Shown here piece by piece: positions 10,499-20,598 of a DNA stretch of 64,000 nt. Below the pieces are notes generated by a model that saw only the letters and a program-made list of their open reading frames with translations, was not told the DNA's origin and did no database searches. The translations under genes and the position numbers were made by a program. Origin of the DNA: a virus (taxonomy: Duplodnaviria; Caudoviricetes); IMG/VR virus record IMGVR_UViG_3300029288_000084, positions 32,001-96,000 of that record. The stretch is one strand, 5' to 3'. Each line of letters starts with the position of its first letter. Position 1 is the first letter of the stretch.

Positions 10499-10741
10499 TT
10501 AATCCATTTTTGCAATTGCAATACCATTCGGACTGCCTACAACTAAAAATTTATTATTTGTCTTCACATCTTTAACAATAGTATAGTTTCTAAGTGAATC
10601 ACTCATTCTGTAAATTATTGTGAGTTGTTCTGGATTAGCAGCAATAGCATCTTTTGTTGTAATGGTTGTTATGACAAGAAGTACTATAAACATTAAAATC
10701 GCAAAACATACAAAAGTACCTGCAACAGTTATTTTTTTCAT
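10499..10741 (-). CDS. Small membrane or secreted protein
   Basis: N-terminal hydrophobic helix. Confidence 0.6.
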   Translation of the reverse strand: MKKITVAGTFVCFAILMFIVLLVITTITTKDAIAANPEQLTIIYRMSDSLRNYTIVKDVKTNNKFLVVGSPNGIAIAKMD

Positions 10742-11142
10742 TTTACTTCTCCATTTACTTTATTTTTTGTCCAATCTCTTTGTTTTACTTTTAACCAAGT
10801 TTTATCAATTGCATCTTGTAAATTATAACCATTTCTCCAACAATAATCTGCTAAGTAAATTACAATATCAGCAATTGCATCTTCTGCTTTTTCTCTATGG
10901 TTTTGATCTGTTCTAATTCCTTGTTCAAGTTTTAAATGTGAATGACAGAGTTCTCCAATTTCTTCTGTTGCACCTAACAGTGGCTGATAAGGTTTTGCAT
11001 TAGGAAAATTTCTTGTACTCCATTTTTGAACTTCTTCTTGCAATTGTTGTAGATCAATATTACTGAATCTAGAGGAAGGTGGGTTACCTTTTGGCATTTT
11101 TCTAGTATTACAAATCTTACCAGAAGAATCGTTTGTTGACAT
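10738..11142 (-). CDS. MazG-like NTP pyrophosphohydrolase
   Basis: EEIGEL...EDAIADIVIYLAD. Confidence 0.8.
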   Translation of the reverse strand: MSTNDSSGKICNTRKMPKGNPPSSRFSNIDLQQLQEEVQKWSTRNFPNAKPYQPLLGATEEIGELCHSHLKLEQGIRTDQNHREKAEDAIADIVIYLADYCWRNGYNLQDAIDKTWLKVKQRDWTKNKVNGEVK

Positions 11143-11895
11143 TTAAACCCCCATTTTACTTCCATAAACTAAAACATGAAGACGCGGACTAATAGTAAAA
11201 GGAAATTGGATTGCCCTAGAATTCATTGATAAAATATGAATTCCATTTTTAATAGTTTGTTCATCTGTTCCCATTGGCATGAGATAAATTGGATATAATG
11301 AATTAAACCATCTATCATAATTTTTTTCTCTAAATATTTTAACCTTATTCACAAAATCTTCAATTTCATGAATATCATGACCAAGATTAAAATATGTGCA
11401 ATCAACAACAAATTTCAAACATATATCCAAACCCTTCATTAAACTAGTCGCAACATTAGCAACTAAATTATTGATGTATTCTTCTGTTTGAATATTTCCT
11501 GAATTCAGTAACTTGGGAGATACATTAAATAAAGTGTTTTTAAAATCGGGCAAAACTATAGTTCCATTTGTTTCAATTTCAATTTTCATCTTATACAAAT
11601 AATTATGTTCAAATTCTTCAAGAAAATCTTTTTGTAAAAGAGGTTCTCCACCTGTAAAAACAACATGATCAACACCAAATTCTAAAATCTCTTTGGTGAG
11701 CTCATCATAAGTCATTTTTTTAATATCTACATTTCTGTATGCGGCTTCTTCCATTTTTGTTGAATATTTGGAATCGCAGAAAGTACAATTATTATTGCAA
11801 CCGTAAAATCTTACAAAAACTGCTGGTTTACCAATATTAAGCCCCTCACCTTGAAAACTCTTAAAAACCTCTGTAACTGCTAATACTTCATTCAT
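11143..11895 (-). CDS. queE: 7-carboxy-7-deazaguanine synthase (radical SAM)
   Basis: SFQGEG, CNNNCTFCDS, TGGEP, IETNGT, VSPKL. Confidence 0.96.
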   Translation of the reverse strand: MNEVLAVTEVFKSFQGEGLNIGKPAVFVRFYGCNNNCTFCDSKYSTKMEEAAYRNVDIKKMTYDELTKEILEFGVDHVVFTGGEPLLQKDFLEEFEHNYLYKMKIEIETNGTIVLPDFKNTLFNVSPKLLNSGNIQTEEYINNLVANVATSLMKGLDICLKFVVDCTYFNLGHDIHEIEDFVNKVKIFREKNYDRWFNSLYPIYLMPMGTDEQTIKNGIHILSMNSRAIQFPFTISPRLHVLVYGSKMGV

Positions 11896-11896
11896 T

Positions 11897-12394
11897 TTAT
11901 TCCTCCACGATTACTGTATTGTTATTAGTTTCAGAAAATTCTAATCTAACGATTTTGAGATTTTGATTTATAAGCGGAAGAATTGTATTTTTTATGAAAT
12001 TAAACATAAACATTGCAATCACTTCAGAAGAAATATTTTTTTGTTTTAACACAACCAATCTAGGATTTCCATATATCATGTAATCATTATCTTTCATCTG
12101 AATTTCTACCAATTCGGGATCTACAAACTTATCAATTTCAGTATCTTCTAAACTAATGATCATAGCGTGATCAAAACAATCAATAAAATCTTTGATTGGT
12201 TTTAGTTCAGTAAAATCAATAACCATATTCAAATCATCAACTAAAGTATATTTTCTACGAATATAAACTTTTACAATACCAGAATGCCCATGAAAGCTTC
12301 TACACCGAGCTTCGGGATTGTATTTGGTAATTTTTTGATTTTCAATATGATGCGCATATTCCATCTGATATGACTTGCAAATAGTTACTTGCAT
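11897..12394 (-). CDS. queD: 6-carboxytetrahydropterin synthase
   Basis: AHH...CRSFHGHS, MVIDF, FDHA, SE...ET. Confidence 0.92.
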   Translation of the reverse strand: MQVTICKSYQMEYAHHIENQKITKYNPEARCRSFHGHSGIVKVYIRRKYTLVDDLNMVIDFTELKPIKDFIDCFDHAMIISLEDTEIDKFVDPELVEIQMKDNDYMIYGNPRLVVLKQKNISSEVIAMFMFNFIKNTILPLINQNLKIVRLEFSETNNNTVIVEE

Positions 12395-12410
12395 GATTAA
12401 CCTCCTTTAA

Positions 12411-12441
12411 ATTATATAATAAAACAAACAAAAATTTAGTA
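12411..12441 (-). promoter_or_regulatory. Promoter TACTAAAT-N17-TATAAT
   Basis: Exact motif upstream of queD. Confidence 0.75.
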
Positions 12442-12442
12442 A

Positions 12443-13120
12443 TTAAAGCGGTTTTATTTGTGCATTTTGATTTGACATCTTAACAAGTTTCAACTGAGTT
12501 GACTCTCCGCCAAGAGTGTCTAATGCATAAGTACCTGCTAAATGTTTTCTTGCACCTGCATTGTATTTTCTCAAGGCTTCTATCATATTTCCATTTTCTT
12601 CCTGTTCATATATATGCAACACCTCAACACCAAGATAAGTTCCATAATCAATTTCCTGCATTCTTGAAATATCAATTTTCAATTCTTCATGCCATACTGG
12701 GTACATCACTTGCATTATACCTACAGCCCCAGCAGGCGAAATAGCAAATGGATTGTGACGAGTTTCAACATACTGAACATTCATAATAAGAGCAGGAGTG
12801 ATCTTTGGATATTTTTGACCATACTTCCATGCTGCATCAAGACATTCAGAAAGAGTTGGATTTTTCTTTGCATAATATTCTTCTTTAAATAGAAGGCGTT
12901 TTACTTCAGCATTTGCTTTTTCCAACTCTACATTTCTTGTTTGCAACATGACATTGCGACTTGTAAGTTGCATTTCATGCCGAACAGCTTTTTCATTCTT
13001 TTCAATTAAAGATATGAAAGCTGAACTCATGCAAATCAAAATACCTACAAGTAGAAAAGTTAAAAGCTTTTGACCACTTGCCCATTTCGGGTAAAATTTT
13101 TCAAATGAACTGTTTTCCAT
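12443..13120 (-). CDS. Membrane-anchored SLT-family lytic transglycosylase
   Basis: N-terminal TM helix; VETRHNPFAISPAGAVGIMQVM; YNAG. Confidence 0.85.
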   Translation of the reverse strand: MENSSFEKFYPKWASGQKLLTFLLVGILICMSSAFISLIEKNEKAVRHEMQLTSRNVMLQTRNVELEKANAEVKRLLFKEEYYAKKNPTLSECLDAAWKYGQKYPKITPALIMNVQYVETRHNPFAISPAGAVGIMQVMYPVWHEELKIDISRMQEIDYGTYLGVEVLHIYEQEENGNMIEALRKYNAGARKHLAGTYALDTLGGESTQLKLVKMSNQNAQIKPL

Positions 13121-13121
13121 T

Positions 13122-13328
13122 TTATTCCTCCTTTTTAATATGACAAACTTTTTTTAATTGAATCTTTTTACTCATTACAACAATTTTTTGATCGGGAAAA
13201 TATTTACATAATTGTTTATTAATAGAATTTGATGTTATAGGTGAACTTGTATCTACATTAAAAAACATTATATCACCCGGTTCTAGTTTAACCTTTTTTA
13301 CATTTACAATCTTGATATTCAACTTCAT
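13122..13328 (-). CDS. Hypothetical protein
   Basis: ORF with GGAGG RBS downstream of a promoter motif. Confidence 0.6.
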   Translation of the reverse strand: MKLNIKIVNVKKVKLEPGDIMFFNVDTSSPITSNSINKQLCKYFPDQKIVVMSKKIQLKKVCHIKKEE

Positions 13329-13346
13329 TGTAATTCCTCCATTTTA

Positions 13347-13377
13347 ATTATATAGTAAAAACGAAAAAAATTTAGTA
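13347..13377 (-). promoter_or_regulatory. Promoter TACTAAAT-N17-TATAAT
   Basis: Exact motif. Confidence 0.75.
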
Positions 13378-13384
13378 TAAGGTT

Positions 13385-14131
13385 TTAGAAAACGAACGGT
13401 TTAGTGTGTAATCCTACACCATCTACACCATTTCTCACAAATTCAATTTCTTGATCTGTGAGATAATTTATATCATTGACCCTAATTTTCGTTTCCAACC
13501 AAAAAATATAAAGTATCCAAAGTGCATCTACAATGTCTGCTAACGGCGATACATATTTTTTCATGTGAAAATAATCACATAAGTCTATATTGAATTTCCA
13601 ACAAAAAATTTCATGCATAGCATTTTTTTTAAGTGTGTCTATCCTAACTGTACCATCTTTTTTCAATTTTCCTTCAGAACATTTTACAGCCAATTCTTCA
13701 TTTTGTTCTTTTGCAAAACGTTTAATTAAGGTAGGAGAATATAATTTTAATGGAATTTTATTTTTAAACAATCTCTCTTTCATCAAAGCACAATTTTCAC
13801 CAATTGTAAATGTTCTACCATGACTACTAAATGAATAATCTTCCATTGCACAATAAATTTTATTATAATTAAAAGATTTAATAAAATTTATTGATTCATC
13901 TGCAATAAATATAAATTTATCCATATCACATTTAAATTCTTTAAAACTTATATATGTTAAATTTTTACCTAAATTATTATTTTTTTTATTAGGTTGTGTA
14001 ATTATTAATGTTTTTATATCATCTATTAAAAAATTTTTCAAACTATTATATTCTAAACATATTATTGAAGGACAAGAATATGAATAATCTATTCCAACTA
14101 ACAATGTATTATCATAAATTAAATTACTCAT
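13385..14131 (-). CDS. RuvC-like nuclease / Holliday junction resolvase
   Basis: VGIDYS, MEDYSF, PTLIKRFA, DIVDA. Confidence 0.75.
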   Translation of the reverse strand: MSNLIYDNTLLVGIDYSYSCPSIICLEYNSLKNFLIDDIKTLIITQPNKKNNNLGKNLTYISFKEFKCDMDKFIFIADESINFIKSFNYNKIYCAMEDYSFSSHGRTFTIGENCALMKERLFKNKIPLKLYSPTLIKRFAKEQNEELAVKCSEGKLKKDGTVRIDTLKKNAMHEIFCWKFNIDLCDYFHMKKYVSPLADIVDALWILYIFWLETKIRVNDINYLTDQEIEFVRNGVDGVGLHTKPFVF

Positions 14132-14951
14132 TTTTCAATTTTATATTTTTACAATTTAAACATAATTTTTGATTACCAGATGTTCCAATAAATTCTGTTT
14201 TACATTTTTTACAAATTAATTTAAAATTTCTTATTACTCCTATATAATTTCTTCTTTTTTGTGCATCACTTTTTCTTTTCTTTGTAATATAGGAATCTTT
14301 TCTTCCAGTAAGTGTATTTTTTATTTTATTTCGATGTTTTATACCATCTAATGTTTTATAATATTTTTTATTTCGTTCACTTTTTCTTTTTCGTTCTTCT
14401 GGATTTGACCAACGAACATTAGCAGATTTTTTTTGTTTTTGTTTTGTTATTTCGGAAGTTATTTTTCCTTTTCTAGTTCCACCATGTATTTTATAATAAT
14501 TTTTTAATGTATTGCTTATTTTATAACCTACATTTTTAATTCTTTTACTTTGTTCTTTTTTCCAATCCTCTGTACGTTTTTGCCCGTAGGTTGTTCCATT
14601 ATTACTATTTCCACCAATAGTTAAATTTATTCCAATTTTAGGATTTTGAGAATCATATAATTTTATAAAATGCTTTTCCCATTCACCTAATTGTTTATGT
14701 TTTTCCGGCCCGGTTTGAATATCATTATCAAACATTACATAAATAACTTCTGTTTCTATATTCTCTTTACTATATTTATTTGTTATATATGTAATTAATC
14801 TTCCACTTCCAGTATATCTTGATTCATAAAATTTTTCTACTGATTTACATATTGATTTACCAATATAAATTTTACTATGAAATGAAGATTCGGGCGCCAA
14901 TACTGTTGATTTATAAATTACACCAAATATTTTATTTTCTTCTTTAATCAT
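14124..14951 (-). CDS. GIY-YIG (Seg-like) homing endonuclease with NUMOD3-like repeats and a C-terminal Zn ribbon
   Basis: VIYKST...IYIGKS, YTGSG, EKHFI...GINLTIGG. Late box TATAAATA at 14961-14968. Confidence 0.85.
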   Translation of the reverse strand: MIKEENKIFGVIYKSTVLAPESSFHSKIYIGKSICKSVEKFYESRYTGSGRLITYITNKYSKENIETEVIYVMFDNDIQTGPEKHKQLGEWEKHFIKLYDSQNPKIGINLTIGGNSNNGTTYGQKRTEDWKKEQSKRIKNVGYKISNTLKNYYKIHGGTRKGKITSEITKQKQKKSANVRWSNPEERKRKSERNKKYYKTLDGIKHRNKIKNTLTGRKDSYITKKRKSDAQKRRNYIGVIRNFKLICKKCKTEFIGTSGNQKLCLNCKNIKLKNE

Positions 14952-14963
14952 ACTACTATTTAT

Positions 14964-15683
14964 TTATAATTTCGTCTTTTCGTAATAGATTTGTCCTGTT
15001 GGATCTATTGCAGATTTAAAATCAACAAATAGAGGATATAAAGGAATTTCAAGATAAGATAATAAATTACACATAACCCTTCTAATTTCCCAATGTGCTA
15101 CTCTAGATGTCCGCATTTCAAAAATATGTCTCCATTCTCTAAAATTAGCTGAAATAACAATTTGAGATTTTAAACCAATAGGCAAAATTTGTCGAGCATC
15201 TTCTGGTTTCCATCCAGCTTTCCTCAAACCCCTATAAAATCGTTCTATTTCTTCAAACATCATATGCAAACTTATAGAAGTGCCATCATCTAGTGGTATT
15301 GGTTCCCATTCGTTTCTATGTGGTGGCACAACACATTTCAGTTGAAATTTATCTAAATCTACAAAATCATCACCTTCTTTTGCATAATCAACATAGCGAG
15401 TTGATTCTTGAGAAATAGCAGTTAATCTATGACGAACTTGTTCATGAGTAAACCCTCGAGAACAATTGTTGAATCTAACAGTCATATATCCATGCTCAAG
15501 AACACTTTCATGTCCTCTTTTAATAATCATCAAAATAAATTTTCTAGCTGTTTCTAAATCAATCTTGTCTGTTTCTGATTGATAACATGTTCTGCCAGCC
15601 TTTTCTATTTTGATCATTTGTAGATATAAATCTTCTGGAGAATCTAAAATCTCAAATGATCCTTCGTTTTTTAAGATTTGCAT
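14964..15683 (-). CDS. thyX: Flavin-dependent thymidylate synthase
   Basis: GHESVLEH, VRHR...SQESTRY, EDARQILP, AHWEIR. Confidence 0.96.
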   Translation of the reverse strand: MQILKNEGSFEILDSPEDLYLQMIKIEKAGRTCYQSETDKIDLETARKFILMIIKRGHESVLEHGYMTVRFNNCSRGFTHEQVRHRLTAISQESTRYVDYAKEGDDFVDLDKFQLKCVVPPHRNEWEPIPLDDGTSISLHMMFEEIERFYRGLRKAGWKPEDARQILPIGLKSQIVISANFREWRHIFEMRTSRVAHWEIRRVMCNLLSYLEIPLYPLFVDFKSAIDPTGQIYYEKTKL

Positions 15684-15700
15684 TTTAATATACTCTCTTT

Positions 15701-16270
15701 TTACTCGATTCCATATGTATCCTCTTCAATGTCTTTTTCTATGACAATAAATCTCTCATCCAATAGATTGAACAAAATTGGTTGCACTTCTTTCCAATTC
15801 AAATTACCACTACCACAACCAACTCTAGGCACTACTACTTTTTCAATTCCGAGTCTCTTCTCTAGTTGATTCAAGGCCTTTACAAGCTGGAATGTTGATA
15901 ATTCAATTCTCTTAAAATCTGCTACATTATCCCAGTAATTGTATTTTGTTGGAAATGTAAAAACAAAATTATATTCTTTCTTTTTTTCTACTTCATTTAC
16001 CTTATCTGTTGGAAAACTAAAAACAAAAACCCCATTATGACCCTTCATTTTTTTTATAGATCGACCAATCAACATTGGAAGATTTGGAAAAAGTTCTTTT
16101 GCATCTAATGCCAAACCTGAATCCATAACATTGTAGCCAAACTTATCTCGACTACCATTTGTTGGGATAACAACAGCTGCTTCATTACTGTAAAAGTATT
16201 CCCAAATATTGCCTTTTGTTTCTAGGAAATGGGTTTTAGGTGTAATTGTTTCTTTTGTATTTTCTTCCAT
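15701..16270 (-). CDS. Macrodomain (ADP-ribose binding/hydrolase) protein
   Basis: GNIW, VIPTN...MDSGLA, FPTK, PRVGCGSGNLNW. Start placed at MEEN (16270); the track ORF extends to 16324. Confidence 0.85.
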   Translation of the reverse strand: MEENTKETITPKTHFLETKGNIWEYFYSNEAAVVIPTNGSRDKFGYNVMDSGLALDAKELFPNLPMLIGRSIKKMKGHNGVFVFSFPTDKVNEVEKKKEYNFVFTFPTKYNYWDNVADFKRIELSTFQLVKALNQLEKRLGIEKVVVPRVGCGSGNLNWKEVQPILFNLLDERFIVIEKDIEEDTYGIE

Positions 16271-16281
16271 TTTGCCCTCTT

Positions 16282-16542
16282 TTATTTTCCACAATATTGA
16301 ATCAAATACTGACTTAAAGTACATTCATTTAAATAATCACCTTCTAGCCGGATTAGTAATTTTTGTTTTGATATACATACAAATCTTAAAACATCCTTAT
16401 TAACATCATATATTATTTCAACATCGTAAGAAATATTAGGAGCATATAGATATACCCGATCATCTAAAATTTTCTTTATTCCACATAAATGACCTTCTAA
16501 CATTTCATTAAATTTTTTCCATTTTATGATATTTTCTTCCAT
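16282..16542 (-). CDS. Hypothetical protein
   Basis: ORF with AGGAG RBS. Confidence 0.6.
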   Translation of the reverse strand: MEENIIKWKKFNEMLEGHLCGIKKILDDRVYLYAPNISYDVEIIYDVNKDVLRFVCISKQKLLIRLEGDYLNECTLSQYLIQYCGK

Positions 16543-16551
16543 TTTATTCTC

Positions 16552-16875
16552 CTAAAATGATATATCAATAGACATATTACTTTCTACAAGTTTTATAGAA
16601 AATTGTTTATTCTGTTGTATTACATCATTTAACAATACTCTTGCATAATGTTCATTAAATTCATTGTTTGGAAAAAGTTCATTATAACCTATGCCTATAG
16701 TAACACGATTTACCTTTACAACTTTTGTAATGCCATCTATATCTAAATCTGGATATAGTGTTACTAATCTTTCGCCTAAAACAGTAAATAATCTGTTGTA
16801 AACGAAATCTAAATTTTGTTTGTATCTAGATTTAAAAAATTTTTCTAACCATTCTTGAATATTGTCTGGTAACAT
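16552..16875 (-). CDS. Hypothetical protein
   Basis: ORF with AGGAG RBS. Confidence 0.65.
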   Translation of the reverse strand: MLPDNIQEWLEKFFKSRYKQNLDFVYNRLFTVLGERLVTLYPDLDIDGITKVVKVNRVTIGIGYNELFPNNEFNEHYARVLLNDVIQQNKQFSIKLVESNMSIDISF

Positions 16876-16887
16876 TTTATTCTCCTT

Positions 16888-17316
16888 TTAAACTCTTATC
16901 ATTTCATATCTATCTTTTTTCATTGCTACTAATCTGATAAATATCAAATAATCTAAAGAACCATCAATATCAGTATGTTCGTGTAAGGTTATTTCTTTTA
17001 TATAAAATAAATTAGCATTATACCATTTATTTAAAATAAAATTCAATATTACTGGAAAATACTTTTTAACTTCTCTATATTTTAGTTTATTTAAAAAACA
17101 ACAATCTCCTAAGGGACCTAACACTACATAAGTTTCAGCATAATGTTTATCTAAAATCATCTTTGATTGATCATTTATTTCAAAATGATGTCCAAATACT
17201 AACGGATAATCTATTTGTTCAAATACTACATTGCTTGTATTTTGTTTAGTAGCATATTTTACAAATTTTTTAACCAATTTATGTGAATACTTTGAATTAA
17301 ATTTTTCTGCTTTCAT
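16888..17316 (-). CDS. Hypothetical protein
   Basis: Tightly packed ORF; weak similarity to 34533-34892. Confidence 0.6.
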   Translation of the reverse strand: MKAEKFNSKYSHKLVKKFVKYATKQNTSNVVFEQIDYPLVFGHHFEINDQSKMILDKHYAETYVVLGPLGDCCFLNKLKYREVKKYFPVILNFILNKWYNANLFYIKEITLHEHTDIDGSLDYLIFIRLVAMKKDRYEMIRV

Positions 17317-17527
17317 TTTTCTTTTTCCAATATTTTTTTACCAAATCTTTTAATTCTTCTTTTTTGTTTTCACATGTCCTACAAACATTAATACACATTT
17401 CATCTCCCCACAATACATTCCGATACATAAATATCTTTAATGCTTTTTCATCTTTTCTTTCTTGACAAAGAGCACAAATATCTGTTCGGCCATGAGATTC
17501 ATAGGGCGATTTATTTATCTTTCTCAT
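17297..17527 (-). CDS. Small CxxC...CxxC protein
   Basis: CALC...CRTC. Confidence 0.55.
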   Translation of the reverse strand: MRKINKSPYESHGRTDICALCQERKDEKALKIFMYRNVLWGDEMCINVCRTCENKKEELKDLVKKYWKKKNESRKI

Positions 17528-17529
17528 GT

Positions 17530-19659
17530 TTAAATTTGTATTATTTTTGAAAATTGATTTTTTCTAACTTCTAACACGTTTGAAAAATCTTCTGACTTAT
17601 TTTCTTCCCTGTGAGATACAATAAAAATAGAAAATCCATTCGCAGTAAATAATTTCAAAATTTGTACAAGAACTGAGATGCCACTCTTATCAAGACTGCT
17701 GTCTAAAATTTCATCAAAGAACAATAATGAGCAGTTTGCTCCTGTTTTCATCTTTAAGAAAGACACAAACGAAAACATCAAAGCCAAATCAATTCTAATC
17801 TTTTCTCCACCTGAAAATCTATCATAAGCAATGTATTCACCATATCGTTTCTTTATATTGACATCAAAGGTTTCTGTCAATTCAATTGAACATTCTGACT
17901 GAAATAGTGCCAAATATTCATTTACTTTTTGCTGCAATATCGGTAGATAGTGTTTAATGATCTGAGTTTTGATTCCAGAATCTGAAACTAGATTCTCCAT
18001 TATCTTAAAATAATCTTGACTCATTGTGCTTTGCTTTTCACTTTTCACAATGTCAACAAGTTTTTTTCTTACTTCCTCTAGCATATTTTCTATTTCCTGA
18101 ATATTAACAAAAGGAATATTCAGTTCAATTTCATTATACTGTTTCTGATATGCGCTGATAAAAGTTTCATTTTCGCTTTTTGTTTTCTCTAATTTTACAA
18201 TTTCATTTTTATATCTTAGCTCTTCTGCAAGCATGGCCTCAGTTTCTTTTTTAATCTGATTTTCTTTTTCAATTTGATCTTCTATTTCTTTTATTGCAAT
18301 CTCAGATTCTTTTTTAATGCTACAATTTATATCTAATTGCTTCGAATTCATTTCAGTTATTTGATTATTAATAGTTTCGGCATTTTTTTGAAAAATATTC
18401 AACTGTGTCTGAGTTTTGTTTGATTCAATATCCAAATCAGATATTTTCTTAACTTTCAGTAATTCAATTTCCTTTTCATACAAAATAATTTCAGTTTCTT
18501 TTGCTTTAATCTGTAATTGTAAATCTTCCTTTAACTTTTCAACTTTTTCGCCATGTAATTCTGACTTACATTTAGGACAAATGGTATTGGTTGTATAAAA
18601 CTTTAATTCTTCATTTAATTCATCAATTTTTATAGCTGCTGTTTTAATGTGATATTTATTGGCAAGTATATTTTCATCTGCATTGCTTGCAATAGCAAAC
18701 AATACTTTATCCCTTTCTCTTTCAAAATTACTCTTTTCATTTGCAAGTTTTAAAAGTTCTGAATTTGATGAATGTTTTACTCTTTGAATATCTTCAATCT
18801 GTTTACTGTATTTATTTGATATATCAGTTTCAACAGAAGCTTTTTTGATTCTTAAATCACTCAATCTTCTGTTAATATTTTCCAGTGTATCACTTGGTCC
18901 AGCCTTTGACATAATTCGATTGAAATCATAAATACGAAGATCTATCTCAGCGATTGTTGTTTGTTTATCTAAGATTTTTTCTTGTAACTCTTTCTTCTTT
19001 TGTTCAATATTTTCTTTTATCTGAACATTTGTTTGTTCAGCTCTCTTTACTTCATCTTTAACGTGTTGAATAGAATTTTCAACTAACTTCTTATTATTGG
19101 AAATCTCATACAATTTTGTTTGAATTTTGGAAAGCTTGTCTTTGACAATAATTTTCATCTTGGAAAAAATATCCAATTCAAATAATTGCTCAATAATTTC
19201 TCTTTTTTGTGCTAAAGGAAGCTTTAAAAATGGAACATAGTAGCCTGAACCTAAAGTGACAATTTGACGAAAGATCTTTTCATCAAAACCTAAGATATTT
19301 TTTTCAATAAAATCTTGCATATCCTTAATATCTTGTTTTGGTAATTTTTCTTCGCCTTTGAAAATTTCTAATCTCTGTGGTACTAACCCTCTAATGATTT
19401 TCCAAGGTTGGCCATTTCTCTTTATATCAATTTCAGTATAAAGATTCTTTTGATTTATTTCATTTACAAGATCACCAATATTGATTTTTCTATATGGACG
19501 ACCGAAAAAAACAAAATTAAGAGCATCAACAATTGTAGATTTGCCTGCACCATTTGTACCTGTTATCAAAACCAAATCTTGGGAATTAAAATCAATTTCA
19601 GATTCTTCATTTCCAAAACTTTGAAAATTCTTGAACTTAAGTTTTCCGATAATTAGCAT
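17530..19659 (-). CDS. Recombination endonuclease ATPase subunit (gp46 / Rad50-SbcC)
   Basis: GTNGAGKST, CPKC Zn hook, FSGGEK, FFDEILD, VSH. Confidence 0.96.
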   Translation of the reverse strand: MLIIGKLKFKNFQSFGNEESEIDFNSQDLVLITGTNGAGKSTIVDALNFVFFGRPYRKINIGDLVNEINQKNLYTEIDIKRNGQPWKIIRGLVPQRLEIFKGEEKLPKQDIKDMQDFIEKNILGFDEKIFRQIVTLGSGYYVPFLKLPLAQKREIIEQLFELDIFSKMKIIVKDKLSKIQTKLYEISNNKKLVENSIQHVKDEVKRAEQTNVQIKENIEQKKKELQEKILDKQTTIAEIDLRIYDFNRIMSKAGPSDTLENINRRLSDLRIKKASVETDISNKYSKQIEDIQRVKHSSNSELLKLANEKSNFERERDKVLFAIASNADENILANKYHIKTAAIKIDELNEELKFYTTNTICPKCKSELHGEKVEKLKEDLQLQIKAKETEIILYEKEIELLKVKKISDLDIESNKTQTQLNIFQKNAETINNQITEMNSKQLDINCSIKKESEIAIKEIEDQIEKENQIKKETEAMLAEELRYKNEIVKLEKTKSENETFISAYQKQYNEIELNIPFVNIQEIENMLEEVRKKLVDIVKSEKQSTMSQDYFKIMENLVSDSGIKTQIIKHYLPILQQKVNEYLALFQSECSIELTETFDVNIKKRYGEYIAYDRFSGGEKIRIDLALMFSFVSFLKMKTGANCSLLFFDEILDSSLDKSGISVLVQILKLFTANGFSIFIVSHREENKSEDFSNVLEVRKNQFSKIIQI

Positions 19660-19841
19660 TTAAAATACTCCCATTGTTCCTTAACCATTTTTACGAATAA
19701 ATTTACTTCGTACATATCACTAAAAAATTTTTTTTTGGTTCTACCATCAACATATATAATTTCTAATGTTATTTTACTACTATTATCTAATCCAAAAATT
19801 GTTATTGCATTCACTAAATAACTTGGGCGATGTGGAATCAA
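19653..19841 (-). CDS. Hypothetical protein
   Basis: Packed ORF. Confidence 0.4.
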   Translation of the reverse strand: MIPHRPSYLVNAITIFGLDNSSKITLEIIYVDGRTKKKFFSDMYEVNLFVKMVKEQWEYFKC

Positions 19842-19926
19842 ATTATTTTACCTATTTGCTTTTTTAAAACAACACATGTAACAATTACCACAACAGTTGG
19901 AACAATGAAGAACTTGAAAAATTTTT

Positions 19927-20136
19927 TCATTTGTTATTTTCCTCCTTTGAACTTTTTATTAGAGAATATCCTCTAGCAAATGCACAAGAAAATGTATGAT
20001 TCCGAATATTTTTATTTTTTTCTGATGGGCAATTTTCATTCATACCTTTACAATTGTCAAAAAATGGGCATTCTTTGTTTGCAGGTATCTTTCCATTTTC
20101 CAAACCATTTTCATTGAGATATGTTGTTTGATTCAT
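19927..20136 (-). CDS. Small Cys-rich hypothetical protein
   Basis: ECPF..C...CP...SCAFAR. Confidence 0.55.
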   Translation of the reverse strand: MNQTTYLNENGLENGKIPANKECPFFDNCKGMNENCPSEKNKNIRNHTFSCAFARGYSLIKSSKEENNK

Positions 20137-20354
20137 TTAATTTCTTTAATTATAATTTTTCCTACCCTAACATAGGTAAAACTATCTTCGTATTGTTTTG
20201 GTAAATAACCATTGTTCATGAGAAAAGCGCATTCACGACGTATTGTTGTTAAGTCGCTTGTAATAAATATTTCACCATAGAGATTATGATACATTTCATA
20301 TAAAATTTTATTACCATCTTCCCAATAAATTTCTAATGAATAATTTTTTTCCAT
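20133..20354 (-). CDS. Hypothetical protein
   Basis: Packed ORF; shares RxE...LMxNG with its neighbour. Confidence 0.55.
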   Translation of the reverse strand: MEKNYSLEIYWEDGNKILYEMYHNLYGEIFITSDLTTIRRECAFLMNNGYLPKQYEDSFTYVRVGKIIIKEIK

Positions 20355-20584
20355 TATACTTTCTCCTTACTACAATGTGGAACTACTTCAATAGAAATTG
20401 GCTTAACTATTGTTGTTCTACCATCGGGTAAATATTCAATTACACAACCATTTCGCATTAATTTTTGTACTTCTGTCCTAACAAATTTATAACTACCACT
20501 ATAGTTTACTTTTACACTATATATTACAGGATGAGATAAATTAGATTCAAAATAATAAACCTTAAAAACCCAATCCATAATCAA
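20354..20584 (-). CDS. Hypothetical protein
   Basis: AGGAGG RBS; promoter upstream. Confidence 0.6.
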   Translation of the reverse strand: MIMDWVFKVYYFESNLSHPVIYSVKVNYSGSYKFVRTEVQKLMRNGCVIEYLPDGRTTIVKPISIEVVPHCSKEKV

Positions 20585-20598
20585 CCTCCTAAAAACTT

